Source of the DNA: Peptococcaceae bacterium SCADC1_2_3
GTDB lineage: Bacteria > Bacillota > Desulfotomaculia > Desulfotomaculales > Nap2-2B
Assembly: GCA_000681355.2 (NCBI GenBank)
Contig: JJNX02000003.1
Span: 12,917-76,916 of the forward strand
Direction of reading: 5' to 3'
Length of the DNA stretch: 64,000 nucleotides
In this document: in pieces, positions 26,175 through 35,406 of the stretch
How the letters are laid out: each line of letters opens with the position of its first letter
How positions within the stretch are numbered: position 1 is the first letter of the stretch
Notes under the pieces: model-generated
What the model was told of the DNA's origin: nothing
The model's input: only the letters and a program-made list of their open reading frames with translations
Databases searched by the model: none
Program-made: the position numbers and the translations under genes

Positions 26175-27086
26175 ATGCAAAATTATATAGTATACGTAGA
26201 CCAGGTTTTTTTATCTAATTTATTTATTAATTACTTAATTTTATGGCTTACCGGTCTATTTAGCGAAGTAAAAAGCAGTTTTTTTCGTCTTATGCTTGGG
26301 GCCGCAGCAGGTAGTTTTTATTCTTTAGCCTTATTTTTACCGGGGCCAAGCCCACTGTTCAGTATCCCTTTAAAACTTTTATTTTCTCTTTTTATGGTTT
26401 TAATTGCTTTTGCTCCCTTACCAAAGTCACGTTTTTTAAGCTGTTTAGGAATGTTTTACTTAATCTCCTTTTCCTTAGGGGGTTTTCTGCTGGGGTTTAT
26501 TTATTTCCTTAATAATACGGCCGGAATAACAGTGAGTCAGGATTTAACGGCCATTAAAGTTTATTTTTGGCCGGGCTTGCTCCTGGCTTTTTTGGCGGCC
26601 TGGTTAGCGTGCCGGGCGGGGGCACAAATTTTATTTAGAAGGTTCCAGCGGCTTCACCTTCAAGTACCCTTAAAGATTTATATGGCGGGAACTGAGGTAG
26701 AACTGACCGGTCTTATAGATACGGGCAATAGCTTAACAGACCCACTTACCGGCCGCCCCGTAATTATAGTCGAGTATAGGGCTTTAAGCAAAACATTGCC
26801 GGAAAAAGTAAAAAAGCTTCTTGAAAGCGGTTTTACGGAAAACAAATTTAACGTCAGAGAATTAGAAACAAATAGTTGGGCCACCAGGCTGCGTTTAATT
26901 CCTTACCGGTCCTTGGGACAAAATAATGGTTTTTTAATTGGTCTTAAACCAGACCGGGTGGAGGTTTACCGGGAGGAGCAAATGATAGTTATAGAAAAAG
27001 TAATAATTGGTGTTTACTTAAAAAGCTTCAATTCCAGCCATACCTACCAGGCTTTACTCCACCCTAATCTTTTAGCGGTGGCTTAA
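26175..27086 (+). CDS. spoIIGA: Sigma-E processing peptidase SpoIIGA
   Basis: N-terminal polytopic membrane domain plus a C-terminal aspartic protease region (LIDTGNSLTDPLTGRPV). Immediately upstream of sigE. Confidence 0.85.
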   Translation: MQNYIVYVDQVFLSNLFINYLILWLTGLFSEVKSSFFRLMLGAAAGSFYSLALFLPGPSPLFSIPLKLLFSLFMVLIAFAPLPKSRFLSCLGMFYLISFSLGGFLLGFIYFLNNTAGITVSQDLTAIKVYFWPGLLLAFLAAWLACRAGAQILFRRFQRLHLQVPLKIYMAGTEVELTGLIDTGNSLTDPLTGRPVIIVEYRALSKTLPEKVKKLLESGFTENKFNVRELETNSWATRLRLIPYRSLGQNNGFLIGLKPDRVEVYREEQMIVIEKVIIGVYLKSFNSSHTYQALLHPNLLAVA

Positions 27087-27119
27087 ATTTATAATTTTAA
27101 TATTAGGGGTGATTAAAAA

Positions 27120-27842
27120 ATGAAGTGGTGGCGATTAAGATTGCTTGTTCAGCTAACGATAGTCAAGGTTTTACAGTGGCTGGGGCAGCAGCGTGAAGTT
27201 TATTACGTTGGAAGCAGTGAGGCTTTGCCACCTCCCCTTACCGGCGAAGAGGAATCCTATCTAATTAACAAACTTGAAGCCGGCGAGGGAGCTGTCCGGA
27301 CTGTTTTAATTGAGCGTAACCTCAGGTTGGTGGTTTATATCGCCCGGAAATTTGAAAATACCGGGGTAGATATTGAGGATTTAATTTCTATCGGTACCAT
27401 TGGTTTAATTAAGGCGGTTAACTCCTTTGACCCCGGCAAAAAAATTAAATTGGCTACTTATGCCTCCCGCTGCATTGAAAATGAAATTTTAATGTACTTA
27501 CGCCGTAATAACAAGACCCGTCTGGAAGTTTCTTTTGACGAGCCCTTAAGTATTGATTGGGACGGAAATGAACTGCTTTTTTCTGATGTTTTAGGCACTG
27601 AAAATGACCTTACCTATAAAAGCTTAGAGGAAGAGGTAGATAAAAAACTTCTTTTTCTGGTCCTGCAAAAACTTAACAAACGTGAGCGTAAGATTATGGA
27701 GTTACGTTACGGCTTAAATAACAATACCGAAAAAACCCAAAAGGAAGTAGCTGACTTGCTGGGTATCTCGCAGTCTTATATTTCCCGGTTGGAAAAAAGG
27801 ATTATCTTCCGTTTAAGAAGAGAGATGCTTCGGATGGAATAA
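27120..27842 (+). CDS. sigE: RNA polymerase sporulation sigma factor SigE (pro-sigma-E)
   Basis: [13 protein letters not shown] pro-sequence junction, then [12 protein letters not shown] and [16 protein letters not shown]. Confidence 0.9.
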   Translation: MKWWRLRLLVQLTIVKVLQWLGQQREVYYVGSSEALPPPLTGEEESYLINKLEAGEGAVRTVLIERNLRLVVYIARKFENTGVDIEDLISIGTIGLIKAVNSFDPGKKIKLATYASRCIENEILMYLRRNNKTRLEVSFDEPLSIDWDGNELLFSDVLGTENDLTYKSLEEEVDKKLLFLVLQKLNKRERKIMELRYGLNNNTEKTQKEVADLLGISQSYISRLEKRIIFRLRREMLRME

Positions 27843-27897
27843 CATAAGCAGGTTAAGACACAAAGCTTATTGATTATCTTTTTTTTAACTGAAGTGA

Positions 27898-27947
27898 CCC
27901 TCCCCCTAACCCCCTCCCCTTGAGGGAGGGGGGTTAGGGGGAGGGGG
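27898..27947. repeat. GC-rich palindrome (CCCTCCCC..TTGAGGGAGGG type)
   Basis: ccctccccctaaccccctccccttgagggaggggggttagggggaggggg. Same family as 58126-58354. May also act as the sigE terminator. Confidence 0.8.
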
Positions 27948-27984
27948 AATTGAAAATACAATAATGTTGCTTCATTTTTTGTTT

Positions 27985-28013
27985 CTCCCTGGTTAATCAG
28001 GGGGTTTTTTTTA
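27985..28013 (+). terminator. Possible Rho-independent terminator after sigE
   Basis: Short ccctg/caggg stem followed by T8. Confidence 0.4.
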
Positions 28014-28140
28014 TTTTTAGCCTTATTAGTTGTTTTATGGTAAAAGAATAAAACTATGTTATTAAGGCAATAATGAAATTGAGGTAATGCTGAAAATAAG
28101 ATAAAAAAATTATAAAAAAATTGGGAGTGAAGGAACAACG

Positions 28141-28914
28141 ATGTTGGTGAATAAGGTAGAAATATGCGGAGTAAATACATCAAAACTCCCGGTACTTACC
28201 GAAAACCAAAAGTGTCAGTTGTTCGAAGCGATGCAGCAGGGAGATCTTTCTGCCCGCACAAGCCTTATTAATGGAAACCTTCGCCTGGTATTAAGCGTTA
28301 TTCATCGTTTTGGCAACCGGGGGGAATATGTTGATGATTTATTTCAAGTTGGTTGTATTGGTTTAATAAAAGCAATTGATAATTTTGACTTATCCCAAAA
28401 CGTAAAATTTTCTACTTATGCTGTCCCCATGATTATTGGTGAAATCCGGCGTTATTTACGGGATAACAATTCCGTTCGGGTTAGCCGTTCCTTACGGGAT
28501 ACAGCTTATAAAGCCTTACAAATTAGGGATAACCTAGTTAACCAGTATTCCCGGGAACCTTCAATTAACGAAATTGCCCGCGAATTAAAAATGCCCAGGG
28601 AAGAGATCGTTTTTGCTTTGGATGCCATCCAAGAACCTATTTCTCTTTTTGAGCCTGTTTACCATGACGACGGTGACCCTATTTACGTAATGGATCAAAT
28701 AAATGACGAAAAAAACCAAGACTTATACTGGTTGGAAAATATAGCTATTCAAGATGCCTTGCGCAAATTAAGTAACCGGGAAAAACTTATTCTTAATTTG
28801 CGCTTTTACGCAGGTAAAACGCAGATGGAAGTAGCCGAAGAGATTGGAATTTCTCAAGCCCAGGTTTCCCGCTTGGAAAAAGCCGCTTTAAATCATATCC
28901 GTAAGTACCTGTGA
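28141..28914 (+). CDS. sigG: RNA polymerase sporulation sigma factor SigG
   Basis: NKVEICGVNTSKLPVL N-terminus, then NLRLVLSVIHRF and QVGCIGLIKAIDNFD. Confidence 0.9.
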   Translation: MLVNKVEICGVNTSKLPVLTENQKCQLFEAMQQGDLSARTSLINGNLRLVLSVIHRFGNRGEYVDDLFQVGCIGLIKAIDNFDLSQNVKFSTYAVPMIIGEIRRYLRDNNSVRVSRSLRDTAYKALQIRDNLVNQYSREPSINEIARELKMPREEIVFALDAIQEPISLFEPVYHDDGDPIYVMDQINDEKNQDLYWLENIAIQDALRKLSNREKLILNLRFYAGKTQMEVAEEIGISQAQVSRLEKAALNHIRKYL

Positions 28915-29000
28915 ATACCAGGTTTGAAAAAACAAAGCTCTGGGAAAACTAACATTAAAAGTACCTTAAAAAGTATCTTAATAAGGAGTGACAGGCGCTT

Positions 29001-29777
29001 ATGATTAATAAAAACAAAAAAACGCGAAAATATCGAAAATATACGGTGATAATGCTGGTAGGCTTATTAGCCTTAGGGCTGGGACTTGGCGGTTTTTGGT
29101 TGTGTAAACAAAACGATCAAACCTGTTTTTACCCTGGTTTAATTCGCTTTCACATAATTGCCAACAGCAACAGTGTAGTTGACCAGGCTTTAAAATACCA
29201 GGTGCGTGACGCAATTGTTAAAGATATGTCCGGTAAGTTTGCCGGGGTAAAGGATATAATCACCGCAAAAAAAGTTGCTCAGGTAAATATAAAGCGTGTC
29301 CACGATTTAACGATACAACAAATAAGTAACGAAGGTAAAAATTATCCGGCAAGAGTAGAAATGGGAAGATATTTTTTCCCACCCCGGAAATACAATTATA
29401 AGGTAGCCAGTACGACCGGTGTTTCAACCCGGGAAATAACCTTACCTGCCGGCCGTTATGAAACAGTCCGGGTAGTCATTGGTCAGGGAAAAGGGGATAA
29501 TTGGTGGTGTGTTTTATTCCCTCCTTTATGTTTAACTGACCCGGTAGGGGTTGTTAAAACCACCAAATCACCGTTAAAAGCAAAGGAAACAGAACCGGCC
29601 TTTCGTTTGGATACACCACAAACAGTAACCGCCTGGGCGACAATACCGGCGGAAGCAAGGGAAAAAGCGCCGGCTGAGGCAAAAGACAAAGTATCGTTAA
29701 CCGAAAAGACTCAGGTTGAATTTCGCTTTAAGACCTTAGAATTAATACGTCAGGCCGTGGCCTGGTGGAAGAGCTAA
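29001..29777 (+). CDS. spoIIR: Stage II sporulation protein R with a C-terminal extension
   Basis: Signal/TM segment followed by IRFHIIANSNSVVDQALKYQVRDAIV and DNWWCVLFPPLC motifs. Confidence 0.8.
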   Translation: MINKNKKTRKYRKYTVIMLVGLLALGLGLGGFWLCKQNDQTCFYPGLIRFHIIANSNSVVDQALKYQVRDAIVKDMSGKFAGVKDIITAKKVAQVNIKRVHDLTIQQISNEGKNYPARVEMGRYFFPPRKYNYKVASTTGVSTREITLPAGRYETVRVVIGQGKGDNWWCVLFPPLCLTDPVGVVKTTKSPLKAKETEPAFRLDTPQTVTAWATIPAEAREKAPAEAKDKVSLTEKTQVEFRFKTLELIRQAVAWWKS

Positions 29778-29792
29778 AGTAAATAATCAATT

Positions 29793-29820
29793 GTAGGGGC
29801 GTTAAATTTAACGCCCCTAA
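29793..29820. repeat. REP-A palindrome copy
   Basis: gtaggggcgttaaatttaacgcccctaa immediately after spoIIR. Confidence 0.85.
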
Positions 29821-29876
29821 TAGTGGTCTATCCGGCCCTCCTTTTGACATAAGTATGTACAGGAGGTGCGGGTAAG

Positions 29877-30122
29877 GTGATAAAAATTTCTGATTTACGG
29901 GTGCGCGAAGTAATTAATATAGTTGATGGGCGGCGCTTAGAACCGGTTAAAGATATTGACCTTGACCTGACCAAGGGTTACCTAAGCGCTCTAGTTTTAC
30001 CCGGACAAAACCATTTTTTTAGGGGATTTTTTGGCCGGGAAGATGAAATAATTGTGCCCTGGGAAAAAATTATTAAAATTGGGGTAGACGTAATACTGGT
30101 TGAATTGGGCAACGGCGTCTAA
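29877..30122 (+). CDS. YlmC/YmxH family sporulation protein (PRC-barrel)
   Basis: 81 aa with ISDLRVREVINIVDGRRLE..DIDLD. Confidence 0.8.
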   Translation: MIKISDLRVREVINIVDGRRLEPVKDIDLDLTKGYLSALVLPGQNHFFRGFFGREDEIIVPWEKIIKIGVDVILVELGNGV

Positions 30123-30440
30123 ACTGCATTTATGTTCCGTAAAATTTAACGAAAAAATTCACAAAAAATAAATTAATAAAAAATGTTGCCAAGCTAAAGG
30201 TCTTGTGTTAAAATTTTTTCGAGGATAAAATCAAAAAGAAGTATACCTCAAAAATAACTAATTAAAAAGAATAATAATTAATGTAAGAGTTATCCGCTTG
30301 GAGCCAACCGGACCAAGACGGTTTTTTGGTCAATGAAATGCTTGCGGATAGCCGTAAGTATTTTTTATGTGATACACATTCAGAAAATTATAAATTTTAA
30401 AATATCCTAAAAAGTTTTAATTTTAAGGAAATAAAAGTAA

Positions 30441-31352
30441 ATGTCAAAACCTTCATTTGTCTTAATAGGGTGCGGTAAGGTAGGCAGTGCTTTAGCCTAT
30501 CTTTTAAAAGAAAAAAATTATCCGGTAGTTGGGGTAGCTAGTAAAAATATTGCTTCAGCTCAAAAATTAGCCGAAAAATTGAACTGTCAAGCTGTAGATA
30601 AACCGGAAAAAATAACGCGTCAGGCAGAGTTGGTTTTTATTACTACTCCTGACCGCGAGATTGCTCAGGTGGCCCAAAGTGTAGCTAGACAGGGGGGTTT
30701 TCGTCCGGGTCAAGTAGTTATTCATACCAGTGGTGTTTGTGGGGCCGGCGAATTACGCGGGGTACGGGAAGCAGGAGCCTTTGCCGTTTCCATGCACCCA
30801 ATTCAAGCGGTAGCTGATGTAGAAACAGCCCTTAAAAATTTACCTGGCTCTTATTTTGCCCTGGAAGGAGATGCCGAAGCATTACCGGTAGCAACCGCCA
30901 TAGTTTCTGATTTAGGTGGGCATTTTTTCTTTATTCAGGCTAAAGATAAGCCCCTTTACCACGCGGCGGCCTGTATAATTTCAAACTATTTAGTGGGGCT
31001 GGCGTATTTTAGCACGGGATTGTACCAAAGCTTTGGGTTATCAAGAAAAGAAGCTTTTCAAGCCTTGTTACCCCTTATTCAGGGCACGCTTAATAATATT
31101 AAACAAAATGGTCCCACGTTAGCTCTTACCGGGCCGATAGATAGAGGCGATGAAAAAACCATTAAAAATCATCTGAATGCCCTAACGCAAAAGGTAACCC
31201 AGGAGGAAGTGGATCTATACTGTGCCTTAGGTTTATATATCATTTCTATTGCCCGGGAAAAAGGAAGCCTTAACGTAGAGCAGGCAGCAAAATTGCAGAC
31301 AATTTTTGCTAAGGGTATGTCATGTCAGGGGGGGGAAAGTATTTTTGAATAA
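30441..31352 (+). CDS. Rossmann-fold oxidoreductase with a DUF2520-like C-terminal domain; candidate PanG-type ketopantoate reductase
   Basis: GCGKVGSALAYLL dinucleotide fold. Overlaps panB at its 3' end, which suggests operon membership. Confidence 0.55.
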   Translation: MSKPSFVLIGCGKVGSALAYLLKEKNYPVVGVASKNIASAQKLAEKLNCQAVDKPEKITRQAELVFITTPDREIAQVAQSVARQGGFRPGQVVIHTSGVCGAGELRGVREAGAFAVSMHPIQAVADVETALKNLPGSYFALEGDAEALPVATAIVSDLGGHFFFIQAKDKPLYHAAACIISNYLVGLAYFSTGLYQSFGLSRKEAFQALLPLIQGTLNNIKQNGPTLALTGPIDRGDEKTIKNHLNALTQKVTQEEVDLYCALGLYIISIAREKGSLNVEQAAKLQTIFAKGMSCQGGESIFE

Positions 31353-32193
31353 ACAAATAACCACGGCCTATTTTAGGCAGGCAAAAAAAGAAGGCCAACC
31401 AATTACTATGCTTACGGCCTATGATTACGCGATGGCCAGGCTTACAGACGCTGCCGGAATTGACGCTATTTTAGTTGGTGATTCCTTGGGCAATGTAATG
31501 CTGGGTTACGATTCTACTATCCCGGTAACTATGGACGATATGATTCATCACCTTAAAGCGGTATGCCGGGGGGTAAACAGGGCCATGGTGATTGGTGACT
31601 TGCCTTTTCTTTCATATCACTTATCTTTCGAGCAAAGCATTAAAAATGCCGGTCGTATTTTGCAAGAAGGCGGTGCTCAAGCTGTTAAATTAGAAGGGGG
31701 ACAAGAAGTTGTGCCTGTAGTTCAGGCGTTCACGGCGGCTGGGATTCCGGTTATGGGTCATTTGGGCCTTACCCCCCAGTCAATTTACCAGTTGGGAGGC
31801 TATAAAGTACAGGGCAAAGAAGAAGCTGCCGCCAGAAAGCTTGTTTGTGATGCCCATGCTCTTCAGAAGGCTGGGGTTTTTGCTTTGGTTTTAGAATGTA
31901 TCCCGGCTATGTTGGCCCGCTACTTGACTGAAAAATTAACTATTCCTACCATTGGGATTGGGGCGGGCGCAGACTGTGATGGGCAGATTTTGGTAATTCA
32001 TGATTTACTTGGTTTGCTTGAGGGACAAGCACCCAAGTTTGTGAAACAATACGCTAAACTAAGGGAAGAAATTATTCAGGCTATTCAAACTTACCGGGTA
32101 GAAGTACAAAATAGAATTTTTCCCGGTCCGGAACAAAGTTACCCTATGGCTAAAGAAGTGTTAGATAAGATAGGGGCGGAAGAATTTCTTTAA
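31345..32193 (+). CDS. panB: 3-methyl-2-oxobutanoate hydroxymethyltransferase
   Basis: TTG start after a G-rich RBS. Motifs ITMLTAYDY, VGDSLGNV and AVKLEGG. Confidence 0.9.
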   Translation: MNKQITTAYFRQAKKEGQPITMLTAYDYAMARLTDAAGIDAILVGDSLGNVMLGYDSTIPVTMDDMIHHLKAVCRGVNRAMVIGDLPFLSYHLSFEQSIKNAGRILQEGGAQAVKLEGGQEVVPVVQAFTAAGIPVMGHLGLTPQSIYQLGGYKVQGKEEAAARKLVCDAHALQKAGVFALVLECIPAMLARYLTEKLTIPTIGIGAGADCDGQILVIHDLLGLLEGQAPKFVKQYAKLREEIIQAIQTYRVEVQNRIFPGPEQSYPMAKEVLDKIGAEEFL

Positions 32194-32202
32194 AAGATAG
32201 TA

Positions 32203-32231
32203 GTTAGGGGCGTATTGCCATACGCCCTTAC
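32203..32231. repeat. REP-A-related variant palindrome
   Basis: gttaggggcgtattgccatacgcccttac between panB and panC. Confidence 0.6.
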
Positions 32232-32250
32232 AATAAGTGGGGCGTAAAAA

Positions 32251-33129
32251 ATGTTGATTTGCCATACAATTAACGAAATAAAATCTTTTACCCGTCAAGC
32301 CGCGTCTCAAGGAAAAACAATCGGTTTTGTTCCAACTATGGGTTATTTTCACGCCGGCCATTTAGCTTTAATGAGTGAAGCAAAAAAAACCTGTAGCGTG
32401 GTGGTAAGCAGTATTTTTGTAAACCCGGTCCAGTTTGGTCCGCAAGAAGATTTTACCTGCTACCCCCGGGATATTGACCGGGATAAAAGATTAGCTGTAG
32501 AAGTGGGTGTAGATGCTATATTTATTCCCTCGGTGGAAGAAATGTACCCCCCCCGTTTTTCTACCTTTGTGGAGACAAAAAAAATAACCGATTGTTTATG
32601 CGGGAAGTCGCGGCCCGGTCATTTTCAGGGGGTAACTACGGTGGTAACCAAGCTTTTTAACATTATCCAACCTGATATAGCTTTTTTTGGTCAAAAGGAT
32701 TTTCAGCAAGCGGCTACTATCCGGCGAATGGCAGAGGACCTTAACCTTAAGGTAAAAATAGTGCTTGTGCCTACCGTACGGGATAAAGATGGCCTAGCGT
32801 TGAGTTCACGAAATATTTACCTTGAAGGTGCTCAAAGGCAGGCCGCCTTAAGCATCCCTAAGAGCCTGGCTTTGGCGGCTCAAGCAGTAGAAAATGGCGA
32901 AAGGGACCCGATTAAAGTAAAAATGGCCGTTTGTAATATGCTAGCAGCCGAACCTTTAGTAGAAATAGATTATATAGAAATATATTCCTTGCCTCATTTA
33001 GAGGAGATAAGCCTTCTGCAAGGAGAAGTTCTTTTAGCAATAGCCGCTAAAGTTGGCAAGACCAGGCTAATTGATAACCTGGTTTTAAAAATACCAGATA
33101 ACTGGCCGATCATCCCAAATAAGAGGTGA
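32251..33129 (+). CDS. panC: Pantoate-beta-alanine ligase
   Basis: GFVPTMGYFHAGHLAL HIGH-type motif and FGQKDFQQ. Confidence 0.9.
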   Translation: MLICHTINEIKSFTRQAASQGKTIGFVPTMGYFHAGHLALMSEAKKTCSVVVSSIFVNPVQFGPQEDFTCYPRDIDRDKRLAVEVGVDAIFIPSVEEMYPPRFSTFVETKKITDCLCGKSRPGHFQGVTTVVTKLFNIIQPDIAFFGQKDFQQAATIRRMAEDLNLKVKIVLVPTVRDKDGLALSSRNIYLEGAQRQAALSIPKSLALAAQAVENGERDPIKVKMAVCNMLAAEPLVEIDYIEIYSLPHLEEISLLQGEVLLAIAAKVGKTRLIDNLVLKIPDNWPIIPNKR

Positions 33130-33134
33130 TTTAA

Positions 33135-33482
33135 TTGTTTTTAACCATGTTAAAATCTAAAATTCACCGGGCCACGGTAACAGACGCAAACTTAAATTAC
33201 ACCGGCAGTATTACTATTGATCAGACTTTGCTTGAAGCAAGCAGCATCTTGCCTCACGAGAAAGTACAGATAGTCAACATTAATAACGGCGCGCGCTTTG
33301 AGACTTATGTAATTACCGGTCCACCAGATTCAGGGGTTGTTTGTTTAAATGGTGCAGCCGCTAGACTGGTGCAGCCTGGCGACATTATAATTATTATTTC
33401 TTATGTCCTGGCAACTTTGGAAGAAGCGCAAACTATTAAGCCTATTATCGTGATGGTAAACGAACAAAATCAAATTACGTAA
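33135..33482 (+). CDS. panD: Aspartate 1-decarboxylase
   Basis: [12 protein letters not shown]...NYTGSITID (Gly-Ser self-cleavage site). Confidence 0.9.
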   Translation: MFLTMLKSKIHRATVTDANLNYTGSITIDQTLLEASSILPHEKVQIVNINNGARFETYVITGPPDSGVVCLNGAAARLVQPGDIIIIISYVLATLEEAQTIKPIIVMVNEQNQIT

Positions 33483-33486
33483 AAGA

Positions 33487-33513
33487 GAGACAAGGGGACG
33501 GTTCCTTTGTCTC
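33487..33513. repeat. Hairpin gagacaaggggacggttcctttgtctc (same core as the uvrA palindrome); possible panD terminator
   Basis: 7-bp arms. The core gacaaggggacggttc is shared with 55198-55213. Confidence 0.6.
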
Positions 33514-33517
33514 ACCC

Positions 33518-33545
33518 GTAGGGGCGTTAAATTTAACGCCCCTAC
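33518..33545. repeat. REP-A palindrome copy
   Basis: gtaggggcgttaaatttaacgcccctac. Confidence 0.85.
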
Positions 33546-33562
33546 AAAAGGAGGAAATACGT

Positions 33563-35146
33563 TTGCTCAAACCCCATTTAGTAAATTTTGATACCCGGCA
33601 GTTACCGGCTGAAACTTATGAATACGTTATTATTGGCGGAGGTATTGCCGGGTTATATACGGCTTGTAAGGTAGCCCGGGAGGGGGGGCAGGTTTTGGTC
33701 CTTACCAAGCATACCCTGGAAGATACCAGTACCGATAGGGCCCAGGGGGGAATAGCGGCTGCTTTAGGTCAATCAGATTCACCGGGATTGCACTTTAAAG
33801 ATACTATCTTTGCCGGGGCAGGATTATGCGACCCTAAAGCGGTGGAAATACTGGTTAACGAAGGCGTAAACCGCGTTAAAGAATTGATTAGCTGGGGGGC
33901 TCAGTTTGACTACTACGAAGGAGAGCTGGCGTTAACCCGGGAAGGAGCGCACAGTCAGCGCCGCATTTTACACGCTTCCGGTGACGCTACAGGAGCAGAA
34001 ATTCAACGTGCTCTTGTCTACCAGGCCAATCAAATTCCCAACCTTAAAATACACGAAAACTATTTTGTAGTAGATTTGCTGGTAGCCGACGACGTTTGTT
34101 ACGGGGTTTTAGTCTGCGATAACGTTAACCGGTGTTTTAAGGTGTTTTACGGCCGGGTGGTTGTTCTGGCTACCGGTGGTACGGGTCAGATATATGAACA
34201 TAATACTAATCCGGAAATAGCTACGGGTGATGGTATTGCCATGGCTTACCGGGCCGGGGCGGAAGTTATGGACCTGGAATTTATCCAGTTCCATCCTACC
34301 GTGCTTTGTTTACCCGGGGCACCTTCTTTTTTAATTTCTGAAGCCGTGCGCGGCGAAGGTGCTTGGCTGCGGAATTGTTACGGCGAGCAGTTTATGCCCC
34401 GTTATCACCAGTTGGCTGAGTTAGCCCCCCGCAACATAGTGGTACAGAGTATGCTTAAAGAAATGGTCCGGACAAATTCAAAAAACGTTTTTTTAGACCT
34501 TTCTCCTTTGGGGTGTGACGTGATCCAACAACGTTTTCCTAATATCACCCGTACCTGTGCTACCTATGGTTTGGATATTACGAAAGACCCCATCCCAGTT
34601 GCTCCGGCGGCTCATTACATGATGGGAGGGGTAAAAACTAACCTGCACGGCGAAACCAACATCAAGGGGCTTTATGCCTGCGGGGAGGTAGCCTGCCAAG
34701 GAGTCCACGGGGCTAATCGCCTGGCCAGCAATTCTTTACTGGATGGCCTGGTTTTTGGTTTTCGGATTGTAAAACAAAGTATGCGTTTTTTAACTAGTTA
34801 CGTTCCTTCGTCAGTTGAATTTGTTTGTAATTATTTAAAACCGCCTAAGGAAATAAAAATAAATAGTTTAAGACGAGAGTTACAAGCGGTAATGAATAAA
34901 TACGCCGGTCCTGTCCGTTCGGCTCAAGGATTAACAGGGACTTTAAACTTTTTTGAAAACCAGGCCGATTTGTCCTTGAGTGAGGCAAAAAATATCGCCG
35001 AAATGGAGTTACGTAATATGTTACTGGTTGGTCAGTTGATTTGTGAGGCAGCTTTAATGAGGACTGAAAGCCGGGGGGCGCATTACCGGGAAGATTATCC
35101 TGCCGCGAGCGAGAGGTGGGTTAAGCATATAATTTTACGTCTGTAG
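33563..35146 (+). CDS. nadB: L-aspartate oxidase
   Basis: 527 aa with VIIGGGIAGL FAD fold, RAQGGIAA and HYMMGG motifs. Confidence 0.9.
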   Translation: MLKPHLVNFDTRQLPAETYEYVIIGGGIAGLYTACKVAREGGQVLVLTKHTLEDTSTDRAQGGIAAALGQSDSPGLHFKDTIFAGAGLCDPKAVEILVNEGVNRVKELISWGAQFDYYEGELALTREGAHSQRRILHASGDATGAEIQRALVYQANQIPNLKIHENYFVVDLLVADDVCYGVLVCDNVNRCFKVFYGRVVVLATGGTGQIYEHNTNPEIATGDGIAMAYRAGAEVMDLEFIQFHPTVLCLPGAPSFLISEAVRGEGAWLRNCYGEQFMPRYHQLAELAPRNIVVQSMLKEMVRTNSKNVFLDLSPLGCDVIQQRFPNITRTCATYGLDITKDPIPVAPAAHYMMGGVKTNLHGETNIKGLYACGEVACQGVHGANRLASNSLLDGLVFGFRIVKQSMRFLTSYVPSSVEFVCNYLKPPKEIKINSLRRELQAVMNKYAGPVRSAQGLTGTLNFFENQADLSLSEAKNIAEMELRNMLLVGQLICEAALMRTESRGAHYREDYPAASERWVKHIILRL

Positions 35147-35180
35147 GGGCGTTAACCACAGGCCGGAAGCCTGTGCCACT
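35143..35180. repeat. Left half of REP-A interrupted by a mini REP-B hairpin
   Basis: gtaggggcgttaa followed by cacaggccggaagcctgtgccac. Overlaps the nadB stop codon. Confidence 0.7.
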
Positions 35181-35191
35181 CAATTGTTTTT

Positions 35192-35252
35192 GTCAACCAC
35201 AGGCTTCGGGCAGGCAGGATGCCTACCCTACGGGCCTGTGCCACTGGTTGAC
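35192..35252. repeat. REP-B hairpin copy 1
   Basis: gtcaac-cacaggcttcgggcaggcaggatgcctaccctacgggcctgtgccac-tggttgac. Confidence 0.85.
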
Positions 35253-35353
35253 CTAAATAGTTTTTAGTGGATAGTTTTGAGTTCTTAGTCTCAACGGTAC
35301 TTCCTTTTCTGTAAACTAAAAACTGTTAACTACCTACTACATTTATTAATGTT

Positions 35354-35400
35354 CACAGGCTTCGGGCAGGCAGGATGCCTACCCTACGGGCCTGTGCCAC
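35354..35400. repeat. REP-B hairpin copy 2
   Basis: Identical 47-nt core cacaggcttcgggcaggcaggatgcctaccctacgggcctgtgccac. Confidence 0.9.
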
Positions 35401-35406
35401 TTTGAG

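Noticed and set aside
27776-28183. 135-aa minus-strand ORF between sigE and sigG (contains PLPLTPLPQGEGVRGRV)
   Set aside because: It is a translation through the GC-rich palindrome and AT-rich intergenic DNA. It overlaps the ends of sigE and sigG and is low complexity.
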